From Nitrospirales bacterium (GTDB lineage Bacteria > Nitrospirota > Nitrospiria > Nitrospirales > UBA8639): a stretch of DNA of 64,000 nt. Both the position numbers and the translations under genes were made by a program. How positions within the stretch are numbered: the first letter of the stretch is position 1; each line of letters begins with the position of its first letter. Under the pieces are notes generated by a model. It had not been told where the DNA came from, did no database searches, and saw only the letters and a program-made list of their open reading frames with translations. This document shows, piece by piece, positions 36,497-45,450 of the stretch. The stretch spans positions 174,275 through 238,274 of the forward strand of contig OZ241905.1 in assembly GCA_965203665.1 (NCBI GenBank). Reading direction: 5' to 3'.

Positions 36497-36799
36497 ATGA
36501 GGATCATCGCGTTGGCGACCCTGAAGGCATTTCTTGACGCCAAGCCCGCTCACGCAGATGCCCGAGAGCCGATGATGGCGTGGTATCGACAGGTCAAAGC
36601 TGCTGACTGGGCGAGTCCGGCCGACGTCAAACGGGACATTCGGAGCGCGAGCATCCTCAAGGACGGCCGCGTGGTGTTTAACGTCGCGGGCAACGCGTAC
36701 CGCATCGTGGTGTGGATTAACTATCCCTACCGGGTCGTCTATATCCGGTTCGTCGGCACCCATCGGATGTACGACGCCATTGATGCACAGACAATTTGA
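36497..36799 (+). CDS. higB: HigB-family toxin (mRNA interferase, PF09907-like)
   Basis: 'MRIIALATLKAF....HADAREPMMAWYRQVKAADWASPADVKRDIRSASILKDGRVVFNVAGNAYRIVVWINY..RVVYIRFVGTH..YD'. Confidence 0.8.
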   Translation: MRIIALATLKAFLDAKPAHADAREPMMAWYRQVKAADWASPADVKRDIRSASILKDGRVVFNVAGNAYRIVVWINYPYRVVYIRFVGTHRMYDAIDAQTI

Positions 36800-36809
36800 G
36801 GGACCAGCC

Positions 36810-37190
36810 ATGGACATCGCACCCATCAAGACCAAACGGGACTACCGCCGCACGCTCAAGGAAATCGAAGGCCTGATGACGGCCCGCCGCAACACGCCGG
36901 AGGGTGACCGTCTCGACGTCCTGGTGACGTTGGTGGAGGCTTGGGAAGCCAAGCACTATCCGCTGGATTTCCCCGACCCGGTCGCCGCGATCCGCCACCA
37001 CATGGAGCAGAACGGCTTGGCGCCGAAGGGCCTGATTCCCTACCTGGGAAGCCGCAACCGGGTCTACGAAGTGTTGAACCGCAAGCGGCCGCTGAGCCTG
37101 AAGATGATCTGGCGCCTGCACAAGGGCCTAGGAATCCCAGCTGAATCCCTGATCAAGGTCGACGACGGCACATCGGTCCCCAGAACCTGA
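36810..37190 (+). CDS. higA: HigA-family HTH antitoxin
   Basis: 'IKTKRDYRRTLKEIEGLM....TPEGDRLDVLVTLVEAWE' plus HTH 'RNRVYEVLNRKRPLSLKMIWRLHKGLGIPAESLI'. The gene starts 10 nt after higB. Confidence 0.8.
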   Translation: MDIAPIKTKRDYRRTLKEIEGLMTARRNTPEGDRLDVLVTLVEAWEAKHYPLDFPDPVAAIRHHMEQNGLAPKGLIPYLGSRNRVYEVLNRKRPLSLKMIWRLHKGLGIPAESLIKVDDGTSVPRT

Positions 37191-37453
37191 TGGCCTGTTG
37201 CAGGCTAAAGAGGCATTCGAGCACGCTCTTCTTCCCTTGCGAGATATTTGTGCCACAGAAAGCACGGTATGGAGAGAGATCTGAATTCAACCGGACATTG
37301 ACCAAGTGACTGGTGTTAACCATGTAACCATGAGGACTAGTCCCCATACCCTGCCTAGCAATCTTACTGTTACAGGTCACGAGATCATTTCTTTCGCCTG
37401 TTAACTCCCATGAGAAATTACTCTCCATCGGCTTCTGAAACAAGGCGACCATG

Positions 37454-38548
37454 TTACATTGAACGGCTCCACAAATAACGGCCGTCAGGTTGGATAAACT
37501 CAAGCTTCGAAATGTCGCCTGCTAATCCTGGATGAAAAATAACCGTATATCCCAATAATCCTAGAATTTCAAAATGCCCTTTGTCTTTCTTAGCCCTTAA
37601 AATGTGAAGAGGTTGTCCGGGAATGGCGATTGACAGCGTATCATCGTCCCACATAAAGACACGCAAACGATGATTTTGATAAATATAGGCACCTGCATAC
37701 CGAGAAAGACTCTCGGCAGACTTAACGAAATTTGAACGCGGTGGATCGAAGATGCATTTTGCTTTCCCATCACCTTTTGGTAGTGCTGAAATATTGCCAC
37801 CCAAATGTGGGGTGAGCATTCGTTCAATACCGTAAATTCTTTCAAGCCATTGCCCCCTAGCCGTTGTGCAGAGGAGATGTTGCGCATTGACTGCCAATTC
37901 CTGGAGAGATGTTGCAGCACTGTCATAATCATTACGAGTGATCGAGTGCTGCACCTTGAACAGATTTATCACCATAATGAAATTGATTTCCACATCGCTT
38001 TTGGGTATGCCAATTTCGTTCGATGCCTTGTCATACAATTCTGTGGCGAGGGAATGATCACCGCGTGCAATAGCCAAATTCGCAAGGGATCTGAGGGCGG
38101 AAGCACGCAGAATGCGCGTTTTCGCCTTCCCCAAACATACTTTCATATAAGACTCTGCTTTCTCAAAGTCACCAGTCCCAAAATACGCAACCGAAATAAC
38201 GGCTGCGTCTTCTGCAGTCGTCTTTTCTCCAAGTTTTTTGTAGAGTTCTTCCGCTTGACGCAGCAGCAAAATTTTGCGATTCACGAAGCTAAATGACGCA
38301 AATTCTTTTTGTTCATCCGGGATCGACATAGCTTGAAACTCTATGGTTTCCCGGTCGATGTCCGTGATTTGTTCCAGAATGTTGGTCAGGCTTTGTCGTG
38401 TCGTGGCCGCTTCCTTGTTGAGCTCGTTCCAAGCTGTAAACAACCCAACGGCAAGAGAAACCAATAATGCCAGCGTAGATATCGCTATAGTTTTATCAAA
38501 GCGAGATGATTTGTGGGTCGATTGACTATTTGTCTCGTGCGTATCCAT
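37454..38548 (-). CDS. membrane-anchored protein with TPR-like helical region (364 aa)
   Basis: N-terminal TM 'IAISTLALLVSLAVGLFTAW', helical repeats ('ALRSLANLAIARGDHSLATELYDKA'), and a beta-rich C-terminus. The gene starts 13 nt downstream of the HExxH gene. Confidence 0.6.
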   Translation of the reverse strand: MDTHETNSQSTHKSSRFDKTIAISTLALLVSLAVGLFTAWNELNKEAATTRQSLTNILEQITDIDRETIEFQAMSIPDEQKEFASFSFVNRKILLLRQAEELYKKLGEKTTAEDAAVISVAYFGTGDFEKAESYMKVCLGKAKTRILRASALRSLANLAIARGDHSLATELYDKASNEIGIPKSDVEINFIMVINLFKVQHSITRNDYDSAATSLQELAVNAQHLLCTTARGQWLERIYGIERMLTPHLGGNISALPKGDGKAKCIFDPPRSNFVKSAESLSRYAGAYIYQNHRLRVFMWDDDTLSIAIPGQPLHILRAKKDKGHFEILGLLGYTVIFHPGLAGDISKLEFIQPDGRYLWSRSM

Positions 38549-38560
38549 GATGGATATGAA

Positions 38561-39034
38561 CTAGGAATCATAGCACTCAAGAAGAAGCTGAACACGCTGC
38601 TGACCCGGTAAATGTCCCCAAGGAGAGCCGGGGCTCGCTTCAAAGTAGTGGATCAACTTCTTTATATCTTCTCGGCTTAACCAACGCTGATCGCGACCGA
38701 GACGAACAGCCCAACAATCTGCCTGTATTTCTCGAGATAACTGATGAAATCCGTAGGTGTGGCCAAGATAATGATGCGCACACTCATGTGTGTACCAGAA
38801 TAGCTGGAAAAATCGGGGTAAGGGGTAAAGAATAATTGGGTTTAGATATATGACACGTGCGCCATTCGGCTCGATCCGAGCCATACCAACGTCACCCAAT
38901 TGTGGGAAAGGAATTGTAACGACGGGAACACCCAAAGCGTCAACGCAATTGACTGAGACGCCAGCAATCTTTGTCTGAGCTTCACCAATAGATGGGATAA
39001 GAAGAACTATTAAAAGAATGAGTGCTCTTAGCAT
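38561..39034 (-). CDS. secreted protein with HExxH zinc-metallopeptidase-like motif (157 aa)
   Basis: Signal peptide 'MLRALILLIVLLIPSIGEA', motif 'THECAHHYLGH', and a strong RBS (AGGAGGATAGC-ATG). Confidence 0.6.
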   Translation of the reverse strand: MLRALILLIVLLIPSIGEAQTKIAGVSVNCVDALGVPVVTIPFPQLGDVGMARIEPNGARVIYLNPIILYPLPRFFQLFWYTHECAHHYLGHTYGFHQLSREIQADCWAVRLGRDQRWLSREDIKKLIHYFEASPGSPWGHLPGQQRVQLLLECYDS

Positions 39035-39295
39035 GCTATCCTCCTGTCTTCTAAAATCCGCGAAATGACGGCAAGCTTTCGGCCGTCGAAGCCGTTTTTG
39101 AGGGGTCTATCATCGCCACTGTCGAACTTCGAGCTTTTGTCGCTTTGACCGCGAAATATCAGAACAGCCTGCTTCCCCCACGGCTCTACCTGCTCAGCAA
39201 GTGTTTTTTGTACTCAATCAACAAATTCATTTTGGTAATTAGGGTGAAACGTAATCACAATAGATTTTCAGAAACTGTTTAAACGCATTCTTCTA

Positions 39296-39324
39296 GCGGA
39301 TTACGCTATATTAATCCAACCTAC
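39296..39324. repeat. degenerate REP-like element, family A
   Basis: 'GCGGATTACGCTATATTAATCCAACCTAC'. Compare the reverse complement of 58331-58360. Confidence 0.45.
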
Positions 39325-39487
39325 ATTAATCGGAAGTCTAGAGTTCTGTCACCCTCTCCCCATAGCTTAGGAGAGGGTGGGGTGAGGGGGCAGAAGAAAA
39401 AGACACTGGATCCTCGATCAAAAAATGTCGAGGCTGACAGAAAGAAGCGATTTTCATTGCGGAGGACGAGGTGCCGGGCCGTGTCCA

Positions 39488-40678
39488 TCAGCCGTGCAAC
39501 GGGATAACGTCAGCACTTAGGGCCCCGGTGACGTAGTCGGACCACTGTTGCATCACTGATCGCCGCCGCTCGAACAGATCGGAGCGTTGATAGGCTCCCT
39601 CCACGCCTTTGACGACATGGGCGAGACAGGCTTCGGCCACTTCGCGTGACACGTTCACGTCCGCACACCACGACCGGAAACATGCCCTGGCAATGGCATG
39701 GGGCACGCCTTGGATCCGGTTCTCACGCACCAGTTTACTGATGGTGGCGTCGGAGAGCGGCTTGCCGCGGGCGGAAGGAAAGATGAGGGGACTGCCGCCA
39801 CCGGCTTGCTTGGCGGCTTTCAGGAGTGCCAGGGCCCGGGCGGACAAGGGCACCCGATGCTCTTTTCCCGTTTTCGTTCGGGTAGCCGGAATCACCCACA
39901 TCTTCTTGGTGACATCAATTTCAGCCCATTCCGCCAGCCGCACCTCGCCGGACCGGGTCGCGGTGAGCACTTGAAACTCAAAGCAGCGGATCGTTGACGG
40001 CGCGGCCCCGGACCGTTGGATCGTCTCCAGGGCCTGGGCGACCTGGGCATGCGGAATCGTTTTATGGGACTTCTTGAGCGTCGCCGTGTTGGGGAGGGCC
40101 GCGCGGATGCCGGCGGTCGGGTCATCGGCCCGGAGGCCCTGCGCCTTGGCCCAGTTGAACGTGCGGCTCATGCGGTGTTTCACCCGCTTCGCGGTCTCCG
40201 GTTTGCTCGTCCAAATGGGATCGAGAATCCTCATCACGTCCGCCGGGGTGATCTCGGCGACCGGCTTCTGGCCGATGACCGGGAAGGCATAGTTGCGCAG
40301 GGTCGCCCGCCAGAGCTTCGCGGACTTTCCGCCATGTTTCCATGTGGGTTCGTGTAAGGCGATCACGGTGTCCGCCGCTTCTTGGAACGTGATACCGATC
40401 GCTTGGCGTTGCCCGTGAATGAGCTTCTCGCCGTGATACCGTTTGCGGCGATTGTCCATCGCTTTCCGGCGCGCCTCTTCGATGGTGACCACCGGCCAGG
40501 GCCCCAAGCCTAAATCGTGTTGAGTTTTTTGGATCGTCAAGCGTTGCACCCAGGTTTTTCGCGTGGCGGACTTGACGAGCAGATACAGGGTGGGGATGCG
40601 ATCCCCATAGCGGCCCGGCGCGTTCAGGGTTTTAATCTTGGTGTCCGTGAGGCCGTTCATCAGGTTTGCTTTCGGCAT
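39488..40678 (-). CDS. int: tyrosine recombinase / phage-type integrase (DUF4102 N-domain)
   Basis: N-terminus 'LTDTKIKTLNAPGRYGD...LYLLVKSATRKTWVQR'. Catalytic region 'LTATRSGEVRLAEW','HRVPLS','HAIARACFRSW','LAHVV.GVEGAYQRSD' (R..HxxR..Y). I prefer start ATG 40678 over track start 40729. Confidence 0.9.
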   Translation of the reverse strand: MPKANLMNGLTDTKIKTLNAPGRYGDRIPTLYLLVKSATRKTWVQRLTIQKTQHDLGLGPWPVVTIEEARRKAMDNRRKRYHGEKLIHGQRQAIGITFQEAADTVIALHEPTWKHGGKSAKLWRATLRNYAFPVIGQKPVAEITPADVMRILDPIWTSKPETAKRVKHRMSRTFNWAKAQGLRADDPTAGIRAALPNTATLKKSHKTIPHAQVAQALETIQRSGAAPSTIRCFEFQVLTATRSGEVRLAEWAEIDVTKKMWVIPATRTKTGKEHRVPLSARALALLKAAKQAGGGSPLIFPSARGKPLSDATISKLVRENRIQGVPHAIARACFRSWCADVNVSREVAEACLAHVVKGVEGAYQRSDLFERRRSVMQQWSDYVTGALSADVIPLHG

Positions 40679-40850
40679 GTGTTCCCAAGTTTGTTCCCAA
40701 GAATTGGCCGGTGATGGGGGTGACGCCATCCCCCTGGCCCCTGGTGGGATTCATGGGAATACTACCAGAAAAAGTCAACGACATCAAGGTGTTAGGATAG
40801 AACAGGTGGGGCCGTCGTGGACCAGGAAGGACTACGTGAGACTGTGTAAA

Positions 40851-40938
40851 TGGCGGAGAGGGTGGGATTCGAACCCACGGACCGTTGCCGGTCAACGGTT
40901 TTCGAGACCGCCCGATTCGGCCACTCTCGCACCTCTCC
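40851..40938 (-). tRNA. tRNA-Ser (anticodon CGA)
   Basis: The reverse complement reads GGAGAGGTGCGAGAGTGGCCGAATCGGGCGGTCTCGAAAACCGTTGACCGGCAACGGTCCGTGGGTTCGAATCCCACCCTCTCCGCCA. It has a 7-bp acceptor stem, anticodon loop CU-CGA-AA, a long variable arm, a GGTTCGAATCC T-loop and an encoded CCA. Confidence 0.95.
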
Positions 40939-40956
40939 GTATAGCGGTAAGCTCTT

Positions 40957-41460
40957 TCAGTTCATGGTGAGAGGTTGGGCCTGCCTGAGTTGCTGAAAGA
41001 ACCGTTGCAGCAGGTCGCGACTCTCATTTTCCAATATGCCGTGCGTGACGGCGATTTGGTGATTCAAGCGGTTGTCCTCATGGAGCGTAAACAGGGACCC
41101 GCAGGCCCCGGCTTTGGGGTCCCACGTGCTGAACACCAAACGAGGAATCCGCGCTTGCAGCATGGCGCCGGCACACATGAGGCAGGGTTCCAGCGTCACG
41201 TAGAGGGTTGTGCCAGTTAATCGCCAGGATTGCAACTGTTCGGCGGCTTCCCGGATCACGATGAGTTCCGCATGGGCCGTGGGGTCCTGTTGGCGTTCTC
41301 TGGTGTTTCGTCCCCTGGCCACGATGGTATTCTCATGCACGAGGATTGCCCCTACGGGGACCTCGCCTTCGGAGGCGGCTTGCTCCGCTTCCCGCAAGGC
41401 TTCGTGCATGTAGGCTTCGTCGGCCGGGAGCTGGTTTTTTGCGTCTGCTTCAGGGACCAT
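40957..41460 (-). CDS. tadA: tRNA adenosine(34) deaminase
   Basis: 'HAELIVIREA' (HAE) and 'LEPCLMCAGA' (PCxxC) zinc motifs; about 165 aa. Confidence 0.9.
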   Translation of the reverse strand: MVPEADAKNQLPADEAYMHEALREAEQAASEGEVPVGAILVHENTIVARGRNTRERQQDPTAHAELIVIREAAEQLQSWRLTGTTLYVTLEPCLMCAGAMLQARIPRLVFSTWDPKAGACGSLFTLHEDNRLNHQIAVTHGILENESRDLLQRFFQQLRQAQPLTMN

Positions 41461-41482
41461 GTTGTTCCTGTAAAAAGGGAAT

Positions 41483-41512
41483 GTCGGGTTACGTTACGCT
41501 AACCCGACCTAC
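41483..41512. repeat. REP-like palindrome, family A
   Basis: 'GTCGGGTTACGTTACGCTAACCCGACCTAC'. Confidence 0.7.
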
Positions 41513-41528
41513 GATCCTTCTTGTGTTT

Positions 41529-41602
41529 GTGTAGCCGCGCGATCTTATCGCGCTTCCATCTCTTGGCGGCCTCTCCAAGCGGCATAAGATGCCGCAGCTA
41601 CA
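41529..41602. repeat. REP-like composite palindrome, family B
   Basis: TGTAGC-[GCGCGAT-CTT-ATCGCGC]-spacer-[GCGGCAT-AAG-ATGCCGC]-AGCTACA. Compare 8112..8169. Confidence 0.6.
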
Positions 41603-41736
41603 AGTGGAGAGGCCGCGTAGCCGCGAAGCGGCGCGTGGAGCCCTTCGACTTCGCTGGCGCTACGCTCAGGGCAGGCTTTGGTTTGCGCGGTATTCATGGT
41701 ACCATAGCGTGGCCTCAGACTCCATGAGGATCGCAG

Positions 41737-42387
41737 TTGAGGGACATGGCTCGTCGTACTCCAATCAACGTTCCCCTTTCAGTCGAACATCTGCAGACGA
41801 TCTGGCGCGAGTTGAATGGTTCGTATTTCCAGAACCGTCTGCCGGCCATTGAGATTCAATGGAGTAACCGCCTGACGGCTTCGGCCGGTCTCTTCCGCAG
41901 CCGGACGGGTCCGCGTATTTCCTGGGTGGACCCGGAAGAACGGCATGGCAAGGGGCGCGTGATTCGCTTGTCGGTGCCGCTTCTATCCGGGCAACCCTTT
42001 GAAGAGATCCGGGGCACCCTGGCTCATGAGATGATTCATCAATGGCAGTTCGACGTGAAGAAATGGTGCCCGTCGCATGGACGGGAGTTTCGGCGGATCA
42101 TGGCCCTGATGAACGACGACGGCCTGGGGATCACGATTTATCATACACTCGGTGAGGACGCCCAAGTCTCCGTGAAGTTTACGTGGCGGTGTGCCTGGTG
42201 CGGGCACGCGTATCATCGCCAACGCCACACCCTGTCAACGAAACGGCACCGCTGCGGGTTGTGCCGGGGGCCTCTTCAGGAAATTGTTGACCGCACGACG
42301 GAGGGCCACCCCTCACCCCAGCCCTCGCCCAAGGGGAGAGCGAGTCGCGATCTCGGCGGCCCTATTCAACTGGCCTTTCAGTTTTGA
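41737..42387 (+). CDS. SprT-like zinc metalloprotease domain protein
   Basis: 'LNGSYFQNRLP...IQWSNRLTASAG', 'LAHEMIHQW' (HExxH), and a C-terminal Cys cluster 'CAWCGH...CGLCRG'. The last ~25 codons run into a repeat-like 'PSPQPSPKGR' element. Confidence 0.75.
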   Translation: MRDMARRTPINVPLSVEHLQTIWRELNGSYFQNRLPAIEIQWSNRLTASAGLFRSRTGPRISWVDPEERHGKGRVIRLSVPLLSGQPFEEIRGTLAHEMIHQWQFDVKKWCPSHGREFRRIMALMNDDGLGITIYHTLGEDAQVSVKFTWRCAWCGHAYHRQRHTLSTKRHRCGLCRGPLQEIVDRTTEGHPSPQPSPKGRASRDLGGPIQLAFQF

Positions 42388-43180
42388 TCGTTGGTGGCGT
42401 GGACGAGATGCGACTCTCTTTTGCCTGTGCCCGGAGCAGAGTGAGGCGGTTTTGATCGTTCTCGGTCTCCGGGAGGTTATACCGTTCGTCCACTTGGACG
42501 GCCCGCTCGAAGCAGCGTAACGCGGACACGTGGTCGCTTCTGGTTTCGTAAATATCGGCCAGGAGACGGAGCACCGCGGCTTCGCTGGGTTCCTGCCCGA
42601 GTTTGATGAAGTGTTCGCTGGCGTTGTTGAGGCAGCGTTCTGCTTGCTGCAGATCTCCTTGGGCGAGCAGGGCCTTGCCGAATTGGCTGAACGTGTTGGC
42701 TAGTCCCAATTCATCACCAACCACGCGGTGGCACTCGAGTGCGCGTTGAAAATGGGTCGCGGCATCGTCGGGATGGCCGGCGGCGAGTTCCATCAACGCC
42801 AGATTGTTATACAGAATGCCCAGGGCGCGATGGTGTTCGATAGGCTGCAGGACGTCGATGGCCTCTAAGTAATACGCCTTGGCCGTGTCGAATTGGTCCG
42901 CGTCGGCTTTGAGATTGCCGAGGTTCACCAGGGTTTCTCCCACGGTGGATGGATTGTGTTCGCTGCGTTGGAGCGAGAGCACTTCGTGATAACAGGTTTC
43001 CGCTTCGGCGTATTCTCCCAGTTGCGCGCACACGTTGCCGAGGTTGCCTAACGCGGCAATCAGGTCCTGGCCCGTGTCGCTGTTCCGGGCTTCTTTCACG
43101 GCTTCTTCGCACCAATGGCGCGCTTGTGACAGATTGCCGCGGTGCAAATGAATGCGGGCGCGTTGTGAGGCCTGACTCAT
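42362..43180 (-). CDS. tetratricopeptide-repeat protein
   Basis: Six to seven consecutive 34-40-aa repeats of the type 'ALGNLGNVCAQLGEYAEAETCYHEVL'. Confidence 0.8.
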   Translation of the reverse strand: MSQASQRARIHLHRGNLSQARHWCEEAVKEARNSDTGQDLIAALGNLGNVCAQLGEYAEAETCYHEVLSLQRSEHNPSTVGETLVNLGNLKADADQFDTAKAYYLEAIDVLQPIEHHRALGILYNNLALMELAAGHPDDAATHFQRALECHRVVGDELGLANTFSQFGKALLAQGDLQQAERCLNNASEHFIKLGQEPSEAAVLRLLADIYETRSDHVSALRCFERAVQVDERYNLPETENDQNRLTLLRAQAKESRISSTPPTIKTERPVE

Positions 43181-43322
43181 GGTCGGGATGTGGCAAAGAA
43201 CACGAAGAGAACGGCGGGACTACAACGCGAAGCCAAGTCGAACTCGCGGTGTTGCCAAATGATGCCGGGGTTTGATACCTACGCGCGTGAGCCCGTCCCT
43301 GTCCCCGAACGGAGATCCCATA

Positions 43323-43475
43323 TCACCGGCGAAAGGCGTCTTTGCCTTTCACGATGTTGGAGAGAAGTTCATCGGCTTGTTTGGCCGCCTTGCGACGGCG
43401 CCACCATTGGATGCCGAACCGGGAGGCCAGCAGTGCGGCCAGACAACCCACGACGATTCCCATCTCATCACTCAT
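43323..43475 (-). CDS. possible small membrane protein (50 aa, below the ORF-track cutoff)
   Basis: The minus-strand ORF reads 'MSDEMGIVVGCLAALLASRFGIQWWRRRKAAKQADELLSNIVKGKDAFRR', i.e. a TM helix plus a basic stretch. There is no clear SD sequence. Confidence 0.3.
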   Translation of the reverse strand: MSDEMGIVVGCLAALLASRFGIQWWRRRKAAKQADELLSNIVKGKDAFRR

Positions 43476-43561
43476 GACGATAGTCTAGGGTAACCGCACG
43501 CCGTGAGCAAGGTTCACGGGACCATGTGACAAAGGGCGTCTCGCCCGGGAAACCTCTTTCT

Positions 43562-44566
43562 ATGGAATTGTGGATTCTGCTCATTTCTTTGATCGTGATC
43601 CTGGTCGGCGCGGAAACGTTTACCAACGCGCTCGAACATCTCGGAGAACGGCTACACATTTCCGAGGGGGTCACGGGGTCGGTGTTTGCGGCCGTGGGCA
43701 CGGCTTTGCCCGAGGCGATGATCCCGGTGGTGGCGGTGTTGGCCGCCTCCGGGGATCTGTCGGTTCGGCAGGACGTCGGGGTGGGAGCTATTTTGGGCGC
43801 GCCGCTCATGCTGTCGACGATTACGTTTTTCTTGATGGGAACGTTTGCCGCGCGGCGTCGTGGTTGGGCGGAAGCCCTTCGTCCCGAGCCTACCGGCGTG
43901 CACCGGGACCTGGATTGGTTTCTTTTTGCCTTTGCATTGGCCACCCTCGCGATCTTCGTGCCTTCGGAATGGCAATGGGCGCGTGTGTCGTTGGCGTTGG
44001 TCTTGACCCTGAGTTATTTCGTCTATTTGCTGTTGACCATTCGCGCATCCGGGAAGTTGGTTGAGCAGGGCCATGGCACCGAGGCGGATCACCCCCTGTT
44101 TTTGAGCCGGTTACGCATCCCCGAGAACCTACCCACGATCCTCCTGCAACTGGTCATCGGATTTGGGTTGATCATCGGAGGGGCCAAGGGCTTTGTGTAC
44201 GGCGTGGAGCATTTGGCCGCCTGGCTAGGGCTTTCCACCTTGGCGCTGTCGTTGCTGATCGTGCCGGTGGCGACCGAACTGCCGGAAAAAGTGAATAGTA
44301 TTATATGGGTGCGGCGCGGCCGTGATACCCTGGCTTTCGGCAACATCACCGGGGCGATGGTGTTTCAAGGCAGCCTGCTTCCCGCCCTGGGAATCTTGTT
44401 GACGCCATGGGTTCCGCGAAAAGAAGCCCTGTGGGGCATCGGATTGACCTTTCTTGCCGCGGGGTACCTGAAACTTCGTTTACGGTCCCATGCCTTGAGG
44501 CCCTATCATCTGATTTTCAACGGCCTGTGCTATCTTGCTTTCGGCTTACTCATCGCCTTTGGATAA
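43562..44566 (+). CDS. Na+/Ca2+ exchanger (CaCA/YrbG-like) membrane protein
   Basis: Alpha-repeat signatures 'GVTGSVFAAVGTALPE' and 'VPVATELPEKV'; about 10 TM segments. Confidence 0.85.
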   Translation: MELWILLISLIVILVGAETFTNALEHLGERLHISEGVTGSVFAAVGTALPEAMIPVVAVLAASGDLSVRQDVGVGAILGAPLMLSTITFFLMGTFAARRRGWAEALRPEPTGVHRDLDWFLFAFALATLAIFVPSEWQWARVSLALVLTLSYFVYLLLTIRASGKLVEQGHGTEADHPLFLSRLRIPENLPTILLQLVIGFGLIIGGAKGFVYGVEHLAAWLGLSTLALSLLIVPVATELPEKVNSIIWVRRGRDTLAFGNITGAMVFQGSLLPALGILLTPWVPRKEALWGIGLTFLAAGYLKLRLRSHALRPYHLIFNGLCYLAFGLLIAFG

Positions 44567-44712
44567 GGGGTGGGTGCAAGGTTGCGGGAGCCGTATCCCG
44601 GACAAAAGGTTTGTAGTCTCGCTCCGATTTTTATACAATAAATACCTTACTGCCAATCTTGCCGTGTTGTCCTTTTACTTTCATCTGAAACTTGCATGTT
44701 GTTGAGGGGCGT

Positions 44713-45333
44713 ATGAAATCACCCGTGGTGACGTGTTTGGATATGGAAGGGGTCTTGACTCCGGAAATCTGGCTGGCACTGGCCGAGAAAACAGGAATCG
44801 CCGACTTGAACGTCACCACCCGGGACATTCCCGACTATGACGAACTCATGAAGCTGCGCTTGGACATTCTGGCTAAATTTGATCTCAAGCTGTCGGACAT
44901 CACCGAGGTGGTGGCGGGGCTGAAACCCCTGGATGGCGCCGTGGAATTTTTGACGTGGTTGCGAGAGCGTTGTCAGGTCATTATCTTATCAGACAGTTAT
45001 TATGATTTGGTCAGTCCCCTGATGAAGCAACTTCACTATCCTTCCATATTTTGCCATACCTTGGAGATTGACGATAAAGGCTACATTCGGAATTATGCGC
45101 TCCGGCAACAAGACCAGAAACGGCATGCGGTGGCCGCAGTCAAGAGTCTGAACTTTCACGTGTTGGCAGCGGGAGATTCCTATAATGATCTGTCGATGTT
45201 GCAGGAAGCCGATGCCGGATTTTTCTTCCGCCCGCCGGATTCGATTTGTTCCGAATATCCTCAATTTCCGGTTACCCGTTCGTACCCCGAGTTGATGGAA
45301 CGTTTCGTCAGTGCCGGAGGCTTTAGTCACTGA
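44713..45333 (+). CDS. thrH: phosphoserine phosphatase / homoserine phosphotransferase ThrH
   Basis: Collinear similarity to Pseudomonas ThrH as I recall it: 'CLDMEGVLTPEIW','TTRDIPDYDELMK','LKPLDGAVEFLTWLRERCQVIILSD','AAGDSYNDLSML','YPQFP'. Confidence 0.85.
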   Translation: MKSPVVTCLDMEGVLTPEIWLALAEKTGIADLNVTTRDIPDYDELMKLRLDILAKFDLKLSDITEVVAGLKPLDGAVEFLTWLRERCQVIILSDSYYDLVSPLMKQLHYPSIFCHTLEIDDKGYIRNYALRQQDQKRHAVAAVKSLNFHVLAAGDSYNDLSMLQEADAGFFFRPPDSICSEYPQFPVTRSYPELMERFVSAGGFSH

Positions 45334-45450
45334 GTGAGCATTGCCGGCCCTTCAACATGACCGTTGTGGCGAAAGGCGAAGTCGTGGTCGTACATGTATT
45401 ACCCATCATTGCAACGGTTGGAAACTGTTGCCTGCCAAAGGAGGCAAGAT

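Larger units (their letters stand above)
10730..40876. mobile_element. ~30-kb mosaic integrative (defence) island at tRNA-Ser(CGA)
   Basis: An integrase lies 170 nt from the tRNA 3' end. Direct partial repeats of the tRNA 3' end lie at 10730 and 10934. The cargo is exclusively defence, TA and IS genes with visibly heterogeneous base composition, and housekeeping genes sit on both sides. The distal boundary is uncertain and lies somewhere in 10.3-12.8 kb. Confidence 0.7.

Noticed and set aside
37153-37503. 116-aa minus-strand ORF.
   Set aside because: It overlaps both the higA 3' end and the 3' end of the 37454..38548 gene, and no motif supports it.
39060-39240. Possible small minus-strand gene ('MNLLIEYKK' shifting to 'TLAEQVEPWGKQAVLIFRGQSDKS...') between the integrase and the HExxH gene. 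It could be an excisionase or antitoxin remnant.
   Set aside because: It needs a frameshift in an A-run, has no recognisable family motif and no clean start. The evidence is too weak to call.
10730-40876. Interpretation of the island as a prophage or an ICE.
   Set aside because: There are no capsid, tail, terminase or lysis genes. There are no relaxase or type IV secretion genes. Only an integrase and an IS fragment are present.
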